This document shows positions 37,028 through 45,325 of a DNA stretch of 64,000 bases, in pieces. A model generated the notes under the pieces. It had not been told where the DNA came from. It searched no databases and saw only the letters and a list, made by a program, of their open reading frames with translations. Each line of letters begins with the position of its first letter. Position 1 is the stretch's first letter. Origin of the DNA: Candidatus Latescibacterota bacterium (lineage in GTDB: Bacteria > Latescibacterota > UBA2968 > GCA-2709665); assembly GCA_965222075.1 (NCBI GenBank), contig OZ244937.1, forward strand, positions 2,720,001-2,784,000, given 5' to 3'. Both the position numbers and the translations under genes were made by a program.

Positions 37028-37693
37028 ATGATGAAATTTACGCTTTTATTTTTGATCCTATATCTGGGTACAACACCTGTTTTTGCACAGGAAACGCAAG
37101 CGGATTCAACGCGGAGTGAACGGCCGACATTTTCGATGACGCCTACCTGAGTGGGCTGACCTGGGGAAGGCGCACCGCTTCGGGGAAGCGGCATTCATAC
37201 GAAATTTACACTTTCAGGGCGGTATGTAGATACGCCAATGGACCGCCCGCAGTGGCGGTTTACCGCCAATTACAGCCTCCATCAACGCTTGCAAGTTGGG
37301 GTTGAGGTGAATCCAAAAGCGAAAGAGGCAGGACCTCTTGTGACGCTGTTTCTGTTAACCGAGACCAGGACGCGTCCGGCGCTCTTTTTGGGCACGAGCT
37401 CAGATCGAATCGGTTCGCCGGCGGGCGAGCAGTCTTACTTCGCCACCATAAGCAAATATATACCCCGGTTGCGCACTTCTTTTTACGGCAGTTTGAATTA
37501 TTCGGAATGGGATGGGAAGTTCAATATTCCCTTTGGCGCGGGGGTTGAATTGGGTAAAGGCTTTTCACTTCGACCGATGTATGATGGCGACCGGGGGCAT
37601 GTGATGCTGAATTATTTCACCACGCACTACGGTGTCAGTTTGATGTATGTGTGGCTTGAAACCCCGGGTATTTCGTTTTCTCTCGGATTTTAA
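37028..37693 (+). CDS. Putative secreted/outer-membrane selenoprotein with UxxU motif (two in-frame TGA read as Sec)
   Basis: A signal-peptide ORF (MMKFTLL..VFAQ) continues in frame through TGA 37148 and TGA 37157 (T-U-V-G-U-P-G) into the 37238-37693 ORF, which ends ISFSLGF. A SECIS-like hairpin follows the TGAs. Confidence 0.7.
37175..37191 (+). promoter_or_regulatory. Candidate bacterial SECIS hairpin
   Basis: Perfect 7-bp stem CCGCTTC/GAAGCGG with a GGG loop, 22 nt after the second TGA and 31 nt after the first. Confidence 0.6.
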
Positions 37694-37840
37694 TTTGACA
37701 TTGTCAGATTTGGAAGGAGACCCCTGTCGAGAACAAAAATCCAATCCACCTTAAATTCGCCTCAAATTGGTCTTGACTTTGGGGTCCACTTCAAAGGTAG
37801 TTTATCTTTGTATGTTCACTGCTGAGGGAGGATCGATTAA

Positions 37841-39208
37841 ATGCACGTCACCAGAAGGCAGTTTCTGAAGTCGGCGGCCGCCGTCACCGTGGGATTCCAA
37901 GGGCTGCAGCGCCACGTGGTCTGGGGGGAGGCCCCCAGGGAGGGGATCGCCGCGGGCTACGGCCCCATGCGACCGGACCCGGGCGGGATCGTCGACCTGC
38001 CCGCGGGCTTCACCTATCGGGTGATCTCCCGCACCGGCGTCGAGATGGACGATGGCCTCCGGGTGCCGGGGCTGCCCGACGCCATGGCCGCCTTTCCCGG
38101 AGCGGAGGGACGGACCCTGCTGGTCTGCAACCACGAGCTCACGGCGGGGGCCCGCAAGGTCGGCGCCTTCGGCGATGAGAACGAGCGTCTCGGCAAGCTG
38201 CCGCGGGAGCGGTTCTACGACTGGGGCCGTAGCGACCCGCCCCAGGGAGGGACGACGACCTTCGTGCTCGGCCCCGCCGGTGAGCTGGAGAAACATTACC
38301 TCAGCCTCGCCGGCACCGTGCGCAACTGCGCCGGCGGCCTCACCCCCTGGGGAAGCTGGATCACCTGCGAGGAGACGACCCAGCGCGCCGACGACAACCA
38401 CGAACAGGACCACGGGTACAACTTCGAGGTCCCGGTGGGCCCGGCCACGGGGCCGGTGGAGCCAGTGGCCCTGAAGGCGATGGGCCGCTTCAACCACGAG
38501 GCCGTCGCCGTCCATCCGGCGACGGGCATCGTCTATCAGACCGAGGACGCCGGCGACGGTCTCATCTACCGCTACCTGCCCGACGAGCCCGGACGTCTCG
38601 CGGCCGGTGGCCGGCTGCAGGCGCTCATGGCCCTCGACCGGCCGAGCCTGAACACGGACAACCACAAGTCGCAGACCGTCGCTCCCGGGGACCGCCTGGC
38701 CACGGCCTGGGTCGACATGGAGGACGTGGAGTCCCCGAACGATGACCTGCGCGCCCAGGGGTTCGACAAGGGCGCCGCCCGCTTCGCCCGCGGCGAGGGC
38801 ATGTGGTACGGCCGGGGGGCCGTCTACTTCGCATGCACCAGCGGCGGCAAGGAAAAGAAGGGGCAGGTGTGGCGCTACGAGCCGAGCCCCTATGAGGGGA
38901 CGCCCGACGAGACGGCCTCGCCCGGGACCCTGGAGCTGTTCATCGAGCCCAACGACGGCAACCTGGTGGAGAACTGCGACAACCTGACGGTGGCGCCCTG
39001 GGGCGACCTCGTGCTCTGCGAGGACGGCGGTGGGGACAACCACTTGGTGGGGGTCACGCCGGAGGGGCGGATCTACAAGCTCGGCCGCAACGCCTTCAAC
39101 GAGTCCGAGTTCGCCGGCGCCACGTTCTCGCCCGACGGCCGCACGCTTTACGCCAACATCCAGTCGCCCGGGATCACCCTGGCCATCACCGGGCCCTGGA
39201 CGGGCTGA
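37841..39208 (+). CDS. phoX: PhoX-family alkaline phosphatase (DUF839), Tat-exported
   Basis: TRRQFLK Tat motif, NHE, NCAGGLTPWGSWITCEE, MGRFNHEA, YQTED, RGEG, DNL, LCED, EFAGATFSPDG. Confidence 0.88.
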   Translation: MHVTRRQFLKSAAAVTVGFQGLQRHVVWGEAPREGIAAGYGPMRPDPGGIVDLPAGFTYRVISRTGVEMDDGLRVPGLPDAMAAFPGAEGRTLLVCNHELTAGARKVGAFGDENERLGKLPRERFYDWGRSDPPQGGTTTFVLGPAGELEKHYLSLAGTVRNCAGGLTPWGSWITCEETTQRADDNHEQDHGYNFEVPVGPATGPVEPVALKAMGRFNHEAVAVHPATGIVYQTEDAGDGLIYRYLPDEPGRLAAGGRLQALMALDRPSLNTDNHKSQTVAPGDRLATAWVDMEDVESPNDDLRAQGFDKGAARFARGEGMWYGRGAVYFACTSGGKEKKGQVWRYEPSPYEGTPDETASPGTLELFIEPNDGNLVENCDNLTVAPWGDLVLCEDGGGDNHLVGVTPEGRIYKLGRNAFNESEFAGATFSPDGRTLYANIQSPGITLAITGPWTG

Positions 39209-39492
39209 GCCGAGGCCTCAGTCGAGTCCCTGGCGCGGCTCGGCGCAGGTCACGGCTGATCGCGCTTGATCAGGTAGCGCAAACCGGCAGTTTGCAGCAC
39301 CCTCGCCGGGCTGTTGCGTTTTACGTACTAAGCGAGCCTTAACCCTTTAAAATCAAGCAAATGAAAGCCATGGCGGCCTGCAGAAATTGGGGCATGGTCA
39401 ACATCCAAATGCGCCATGTGAAGGTTGGGACCGTTCAATGATTTGCATCAATGGTATTTCGTTTTCTCTCGGATTTTAATGTGGAGGGTCAC

Positions 39493-40176
39493 ATGCGTTA
39501 TTGGACATTTTTATTCCTGATTGTTCTGGCAAGTCCGGCTGCGCTGACAGCTGAAACTCAGATTCCCGATAGGGCGCTTTGCAGTGTCTGTGCATTAAAG
39601 GGCGGCGAGACAGAGTTGGAAAAGGTCAAGGCCCACTCGGAATATGAGGGCAAGGCATACTACTTTTGTTCTGAAAACTGCAAAATGGAATTTGACTCAG
39701 ACCCCACGGCTTTTTTACCACCGGTATTTCCACGACCTGCACCAGCCTGCGTTGTTGAAACGCTGGAGGGCGGAGACAGGGCGTTGGGGGATTTTAAGGG
39801 CAAAGTTGTGCTCGTAGATTTCTGGGCAACCTGGTGCAAACCCTGTCTTGAAACAATGCCCCGGTTGCAAAAACTCTACAACGTTTATTCCGACAGGGGA
39901 TTGGACGTTTTGGGTGTGTCTATAGATGAAGACAAAGACCGGATTAAAAAGATCAAAAAGATGGTGGACAAAATGAATATTTCTTATCCCATCTTTGTAG
40001 ACGCGAAGCAGACGCCCGCCTGGCATCAGTTCAAAGTGAAAGCGATTCCTGCGATGTATCTTCTCAACAGAGAAAGCCAGATCGTAGCGCAGTGGACGGG
40101 AAAGATAGATTACGAGGAAGTGGAGAAGGAAGTTTTGAGACAGTTGAAAAAAAAGCTCGAAGTTGAAGGGCCATAA
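39493..40176 (+). CDS. YHS-domain + TlpA-like thioredoxin fusion, exported
   Basis: Signal peptide, CSVC, YEGKAYYFCSENCKMEFDSDP (YHS), VDFWATWCKPC (TlpA). Confidence 0.85.
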   Translation: MRYWTFLFLIVLASPAALTAETQIPDRALCSVCALKGGETELEKVKAHSEYEGKAYYFCSENCKMEFDSDPTAFLPPVFPRPAPACVVETLEGGDRALGDFKGKVVLVDFWATWCKPCLETMPRLQKLYNVYSDRGLDVLGVSIDEDKDRIKKIKKMVDKMNISYPIFVDAKQTPAWHQFKVKAIPAMYLLNRESQIVAQWTGKIDYEEVEKEVLRQLKKKLEVEGP

Positions 40177-40297
40177 GCGAATTTTGTTGCGAAGCATACT
40201 CAGACCCGTTGTGATCTGAGCTGGCTCGTACCCGAGTTTGGTTCCTACCCAACGTCAGCGTGGAAATCCACAAACCATTTGAGCTCATGGAATAAAA

Positions 40298-40867
40298 ATG
40301 GAACTACTATCCTTTATTTTGTTGCTGGTTATTCTGTTGGGGCCTTTCTGGCTGATTTTCCATGTTCGCAAGGAAAGTCGTCGGTGTCGTTACTGTTTGG
40401 TTGCGATAAAGAAGGTGCAGGATTTGCCCGAACGGGGGAAGATTAATTCCCTCATAAAAAACGAAAAGATGCCGGGGACAGCAGCCCATTATGAGCTGTG
40501 TTCGAAGTGCAAAAGACTGTACGATTGGAGATGGTTTGACGATGAACGAGCACACAGACGAGACTGGGATATGCATGATAGGCAGTGCGCCTGTGGGTTC
40601 AATTTGAAACCTCCGTGGAATGTAGCTCCGGAGATTTCTAAAGAGGTATTGCGCAAGATTCCCCTTGAAACGCTCGAGGCCTTATATCAAAAGTATGGAA
40701 AATCAACGTTGATTGAGAAACTCTACGACAATCTTGATGACGACAATATTTTTTTCTTATGCTCAAAATGCAGAAGAATTTATATGTGGCAGCCTCTAAA
40801 CGGATATCAAGTGCTACAGTGCATTTCACAAGATCATTCAAAATATGACCCGGACCCGTTTTTATGA
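40298..40867 (+). CDS. Hypothetical membrane-anchored Cys-rich (zinc-ribbon-like) protein
   Basis: N-terminal TM helix. CRYC, CSKC, CAC and CSKC motifs, with an internal duplication (LCSKCKRLYDW / LCSKCRRIYMW). Confidence 0.65.
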   Translation: MELLSFILLLVILLGPFWLIFHVRKESRRCRYCLVAIKKVQDLPERGKINSLIKNEKMPGTAAHYELCSKCKRLYDWRWFDDERAHRRDWDMHDRQCACGFNLKPPWNVAPEISKEVLRKIPLETLEALYQKYGKSTLIEKLYDNLDDDNIFFLCSKCRRIYMWQPLNGYQVLQCISQDHSKYDPDPFL

Positions 40868-41146
40868 GTCATTCTAACTTCATTTTGGCCAAAGTCCAGT
40901 TGGAAGGATGTTCTTCAGTCCAGACGTCATGGATACAATGAAGATTGACCAACACGCGGCTCTCAATCTCGTCGCGCCCTCGTCCTCCACGCCTGCGGAA
41001 CCTGAATCCGAAACGCCGAGATTGTCCTCGCCGGATGAGTCGTAGTTGATGTCGCCGTCGCATGCCAGCCGTTTGCGCGACTGCAGGCTTACGTCAGAAC
41101 AACACTTTAGGGGTCAGAAACAGCGTACAGGAGGCATCGATAAGCC

Positions 41147-41462
41147 ATGCAGAACACGTGCCCTGTCTGCCAGTCTGAGTTGCAGGATTTCACTAAGAGA
41201 CCGGAAGGCCACGACAAGAATCAATACTCCTGCCCCCGCTGTGGTGATTTTCTCTTCTCTCGGACACTGGTCCAAACACTCCTGTATAAGCCCCCCTCCG
41301 AACTTGCAAAAATCAGCCATGCCCTTCGGTTGATGCAAGCGAATAATCAAGTGGCTGAGATGTCTACGAACACTGTTGAGGAAGTGCTGAAGCGTCCATT
41401 GCCATCTCCAAGTGAGCAAGCCGATCTTCTCGTTCGCTGGATCGCCGAGAATGTCGATGGTC
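41147..41462 (+). pseudogene. Truncated gene with a zinc-ribbon N-terminus, cut by an IS3 fragment
   Basis: CPVC..CPRCGDF..PLPSPSEQADLLVRWI, then an abrupt switch to transposase sequence in another frame. Confidence 0.55.
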
Positions 41463-41842
41463 CTAAATGCCCTAAATATGGCCTTGTGGCAGCGTCGTCC
41501 CAAGGACGTGATCCATCATTCTGACCGGAGATCGCAGTATACTTCTCTGGCCTTCGGCCTGCGCTGCAAGAAGGCCGGTGTCCGTCCCTCCACAGGATCC
41601 GTCGGAGACTGCTTTGACAACGCCATGTGCGCGAGTTTCTTCGCCACAGTAGAATGCGAACTGCTCGACCACCGCTGCTTCCGCACTTACCAGGAAGCGC
41701 AACAGGCACTCTTCGCGTATATTGAGGGGTGGTATAATCCACATCGCAGACATTCAGCTTTGGGATACGACTCACCCACAACCTACGAGGTAAGACACCA
41801 AACACGGGCTTGACACCCAAGCCTAAAACCGGGGTAGCTCCA
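41458..41842 (+). mobile_element. IS3-family remnant (integrase core C-terminus and right end)
   Basis: IHHSDRRSQYTS, GDCFDNAMCASFF (catalytic E replaced by A), YIEGWYNPHRRHSALGY. Ends ..AAACCGGGGTAGCTCCA. Confidence 0.8.
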
Positions 41843-41889
41843 CCGGCTTTGCCGGAGGTCTCATAACATAAACAAAAGGACATACTCAA

Positions 41890-43959
41890 ATGAAAGAGTT
41901 ATACAGTTGGGTGCGGTGGTTTCGAGAATTGGCGGAAAAAATTTCGGAAGGTGACAAAGCATATCTGATTGAAAAAGCCAGAGAAGTGGAGTGGGGAAAG
42001 ACCCCCACCTTGCTTCGATATGGCGATGAGGCCATCAATCCGTTTTCTTTTTTTTATTTTTTGGCTTCAAAAAACACCAGTAAGCAACTCAAACCCGTGT
42101 TCCACAGCGTTAGTAGTGTATTTGAAATTGAACCGCTGCTATATATGGACGTAGATGAACGCTTTGTCTTTCCCGTTCCCAATTTCAATATACTTTTCTA
42201 TGATGAAACAAACTCCAATATGGATCTGCTCTGGCGTTTGTTCAGGCAGGCGGCAGTAAAGGACGAGCCAAAGATAGACCCGGATGAATTCAAGAAAGTT
42301 CTTGATATTAAGGGAGTTGGGATTGCAAAATTGACGCAAACCTTGTTTTTGACAAACCCCGAATACTTCCTGCCCATGGATAATGTAACCAAGGATTTGT
42401 GGAAAGTTCTGGACTTGCCGACGCTGTCAGAAATAGAAAATGATGGCTATGAGACATATCGATCGTTTCTTGAGAAGTTAAAGGAAGCATTTCCAGAGTG
42501 CCAGCCGTATGAAATCAATATGTTCTTATATCTGCAAAACTCCGGAAAAATAAAGGTGAACGATAATTTCTATCAAATTAGCACTCAGGTATATGGAGAC
42601 AAGAAGGGTGATCATTGGGACGACTTCAAGTACAACAATTGGGTTTATACCGGCGGACCGGGGGGTAAATCATGGGGGGAACCGGGAAAGTATCCTTTGG
42701 AAGAACCTGCACCGGGAGATATTATCCTGGTCAGAACAGGAATAACAAAAGGAAAGGCTATTGGCATCGTTCAGAAAAACGATTATGTCGAGTCGGGGAT
42801 AAACAAAGACAGCAGGATTCATGTCTTGTGGATAAACAAGGAGCAAACAGACTTATCCAGGAAAACGGAACAGGTTGGTTTTGCGAAGACTAAATCGGAC
42901 TCGAAGACATATTTGGCATTTGAGAATACGGATGCCTATAAGCCTTCCTTCGAGTTGATTGAAAAAATGAAAGGAAATTCGATTGGGAACGAACCAGAAA
43001 CCGATACCATGAAATATCTACAACCTTTGAATCAGATACTTAGATCCCGCGATCCGATCCAGGATACGGGCGAGGATCTCTTTCTGCGCGAGGGCGAAAT
43101 CGAGCGCCTGATCGCTCTGCTTCGGCGCAAGAAGAATCTGGTCCTCCAGGGGCCGCCGGGGACGGGAAAAACCTATTTGGCGCAGGGTTTGGCTCGGTTG
43201 GTGGTGGGAGAAAAGTCGAAAAACCGCATCGAGACCGTTCAGTTCCACCAGTCTTATGGTTACGAGGATTTCGTCCAGGGATATCGGCCCACCGGGGATG
43301 GCGGATTCGAGCTGAAGGATGGTCCTTTTCTGCGCTTCTGCGAACGCGCCCAGCCGAGCCCGGATTGCCCCTTCGTGCTGGTGATCGACGAGATCAACCG
43401 CGGCAACCTGAGCCGGATCTTCGGTGAGCTGTTGATGCTGATCGAGGCCGACAAGCGCAAGCCTGAGTGGGCAGTGCAGATGGCCTATTCGGACGAAGAC
43501 ACGACCCCGTTCCACATTCCGCCGAATCTGTACCTGATCGGAACCATGAACACCGCGGACCGTTCTCTGGCTCTGGTCGATTACGCTCTGCGCCGCCGAT
43601 TCGTTTTTCACACAGTCGAGCCCGCCTTCGGAAATGAGCGATTCGCCCGCCACCTGGAAGAGCGCGGCGTGCCGGAAGAGTTTCAGGAGCGCATCCGAAA
43701 CCGCCTGGGCGCTTTGAACGAGACCATTCGGGAAGATCCGAGGCTCGGCGAGGGGTTCCAGATCGGGCACAGCTATTTCTGCGATCCACCCGGGGAGCTG
43801 CACGAAGAGGAAGATTCAAGCGGGTGGGAGGAGTGGTACGAGGACGTGATCCGCTACGAGATCGAGCCCCTTCTCGCCGAGTACTGGTTCGACGATTCCG
43901 AAAAAGCCAAGACAGAAGTCAAGAAACTGCTTGCTACTCCTGCCGATAACGCTCCATGA
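41890..43959 (+). CDS. mcrB: McrB-family AAA+ GTPase with a long variant N-terminal region
   Basis: GPPGTGKT, QFHQSYGYEDFVQG, IDEINRGNLSRIFGEL, signature MNTADRSLALVDYALRRRF, IGHSYF. Confidence 0.9.
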   Translation: MKELYSWVRWFRELAEKISEGDKAYLIEKAREVEWGKTPTLLRYGDEAINPFSFFYFLASKNTSKQLKPVFHSVSSVFEIEPLLYMDVDERFVFPVPNFNILFYDETNSNMDLLWRLFRQAAVKDEPKIDPDEFKKVLDIKGVGIAKLTQTLFLTNPEYFLPMDNVTKDLWKVLDLPTLSEIENDGYETYRSFLEKLKEAFPECQPYEINMFLYLQNSGKIKVNDNFYQISTQVYGDKKGDHWDDFKYNNWVYTGGPGGKSWGEPGKYPLEEPAPGDIILVRTGITKGKAIGIVQKNDYVESGINKDSRIHVLWINKEQTDLSRKTEQVGFAKTKSDSKTYLAFENTDAYKPSFELIEKMKGNSIGNEPETDTMKYLQPLNQILRSRDPIQDTGEDLFLREGEIERLIALLRRKKNLVLQGPPGTGKTYLAQGLARLVVGEKSKNRIETVQFHQSYGYEDFVQGYRPTGDGGFELKDGPFLRFCERAQPSPDCPFVLVIDEINRGNLSRIFGELLMLIEADKRKPEWAVQMAYSDEDTTPFHIPPNLYLIGTMNTADRSLALVDYALRRRFVFHTVEPAFGNERFARHLEERGVPEEFQERIRNRLGALNETIREDPRLGEGFQIGHSYFCDPPGELHEEEDSSGWEEWYEDVIRYEIEPLLAEYWFDDSEKAKTEVKKLLATPADNAP

Positions 43960-45035
43960 AGATTCCGCCCATGAATCTCTACTACCTGCTCTGCTATGCC
44001 TGGGACCGGCTGGAATCCCGAAACTATGTGGATGTGCGGGCCGTCGGTGAAGAGCTTCCTCAGGACCTCTTCGCACGCCTGCTCCGGGCGGGCTTCGAGC
44101 AACTTCTGAAACGCGGCCTTGATCGCGGTTACCGGGAGCACACCGAGGATACGCGCCGGCCGCGGGGCAAAATCGACTTCGCATCAACCGCCCGGCGCGC
44201 GTTACGGATCCGAGGTCAAGTGCATGTGCGCTACGAGAATCTGAGCCGCGACGTGCTCCACAATCGGATCATCAAGACGACGATGCGTCGCCTGGGGACC
44301 GACCCGGACCTGGATCGCGGCCTGAGCGGAGACCTCGAGCGCCTGGCGCGGCGCATTCCCGAAGTCGCCGAAGTGGAGTTGCGCGACGATCTGTTCGATC
44401 GCGTGCAGATTCACCGCAACAACGCCGGCTACGGCTTTCTGCTCAATCTTTGTCGGCTGGTGAGTCGCAACCTTATCCCGGAACACCGCTCCGGGAGATT
44501 CCGCTTTCGAGACTTCACTGGAAACGATATGGAGATGGGCCGGCTCTTCGAAGACTTCGTGCGCAATTTCCTGCGCATCGAGCGACGGGCTCTTGGAGTG
44601 CTCGGGAGGCACAAGCAGATCGAGTGGGACGCTTCCCTGGAGGGCAACGCAATCCGCCTCCCCGTCATGGAGGCGGATATCTTCGTTCCGAACGTCCGCG
44701 GGCGCAGCGCCATCCTCGAGACCAAGTGCGTATCCGTGCGTTTCTCTTCGAGGCAAGGTGGACCCGCTTCACTGAAGAGCGACCATCTCTATCAGCTCTT
44801 CGCCTACCTGGCAAATCACGCGCGCTGCTATCCGAACGAGCCGCCAGTCATCGGCGTGCTGCTCTATGCGACCGACGGCGAGAGTTTCGGTTATCGTTAC
44901 CGCATCCACGATCATCCACTGTGGGTGCGGTCCCTCGACCTCGCACAACCCTGGCAAGAGATCCGCGAGGAATTGCTCGGATTGGCAGCCGAGTTGGAGC
45001 AGCAGACATCCGTGACCGCGTCGGCTGTGACTTGA
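43956..45035 (+). CDS. mcrC: McrC-family PD-(D/E)xK nuclease subunit
   Basis: IPPMNLYYLLCYAW, LLKRGLDRGY, RGKIDF, LFEDFVRNF, ADI..ILETK, LYQLFAYL. ATGA overlap with mcrB. Confidence 0.9.
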   Translation: MKIPPMNLYYLLCYAWDRLESRNYVDVRAVGEELPQDLFARLLRAGFEQLLKRGLDRGYREHTEDTRRPRGKIDFASTARRALRIRGQVHVRYENLSRDVLHNRIIKTTMRRLGTDPDLDRGLSGDLERLARRIPEVAEVELRDDLFDRVQIHRNNAGYGFLLNLCRLVSRNLIPEHRSGRFRFRDFTGNDMEMGRLFEDFVRNFLRIERRALGVLGRHKQIEWDASLEGNAIRLPVMEADIFVPNVRGRSAILETKCVSVRFSSRQGGPASLKSDHLYQLFAYLANHARCYPNEPPVIGVLLYATDGESFGYRYRIHDHPLWVRSLDLAQPWQEIREELLGLAAELEQQTSVTASAVT

Positions 45036-45325
45036 AGCGAGGCCGCTCTGTCCGGTCTACCGAGTGCTCCACCAGCGCTGTGATGCAGACCGCGATTTAC
45101 GCACATCCAAAACCGTAAAACGAAGTCCTCGATTTTGGCCGAATTCCACGTTTTGTCCTATAAAACCAGCCATTATACACTGAATTTTCGGTCAGGATGC
45201 TGCTTTTGAGTAATCACGGTACTCCTCGATGACGTGATCCAGAGCGATGATGAGATATAGCACAGTGCCCTCCTGATCATCTTATCCAGTCCATCTATAT
45301 CCATCTCCACAAACCGTGCAATCTG

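Noticed and set aside
37148-37159. Alternative genetic code (TGA = Trp/Gly) as the explanation for the in-frame TGAs
   Set aside because: Many genes in the window end at TGA with coupled downstream starts (e.g. 11352, 17095, 43959), so TGA is a normal stop here.
41840-41864. Hairpin resembling an IS200/IS605 end
   Set aside because: It is too short and has no associated tnpA/tnpB sequence.
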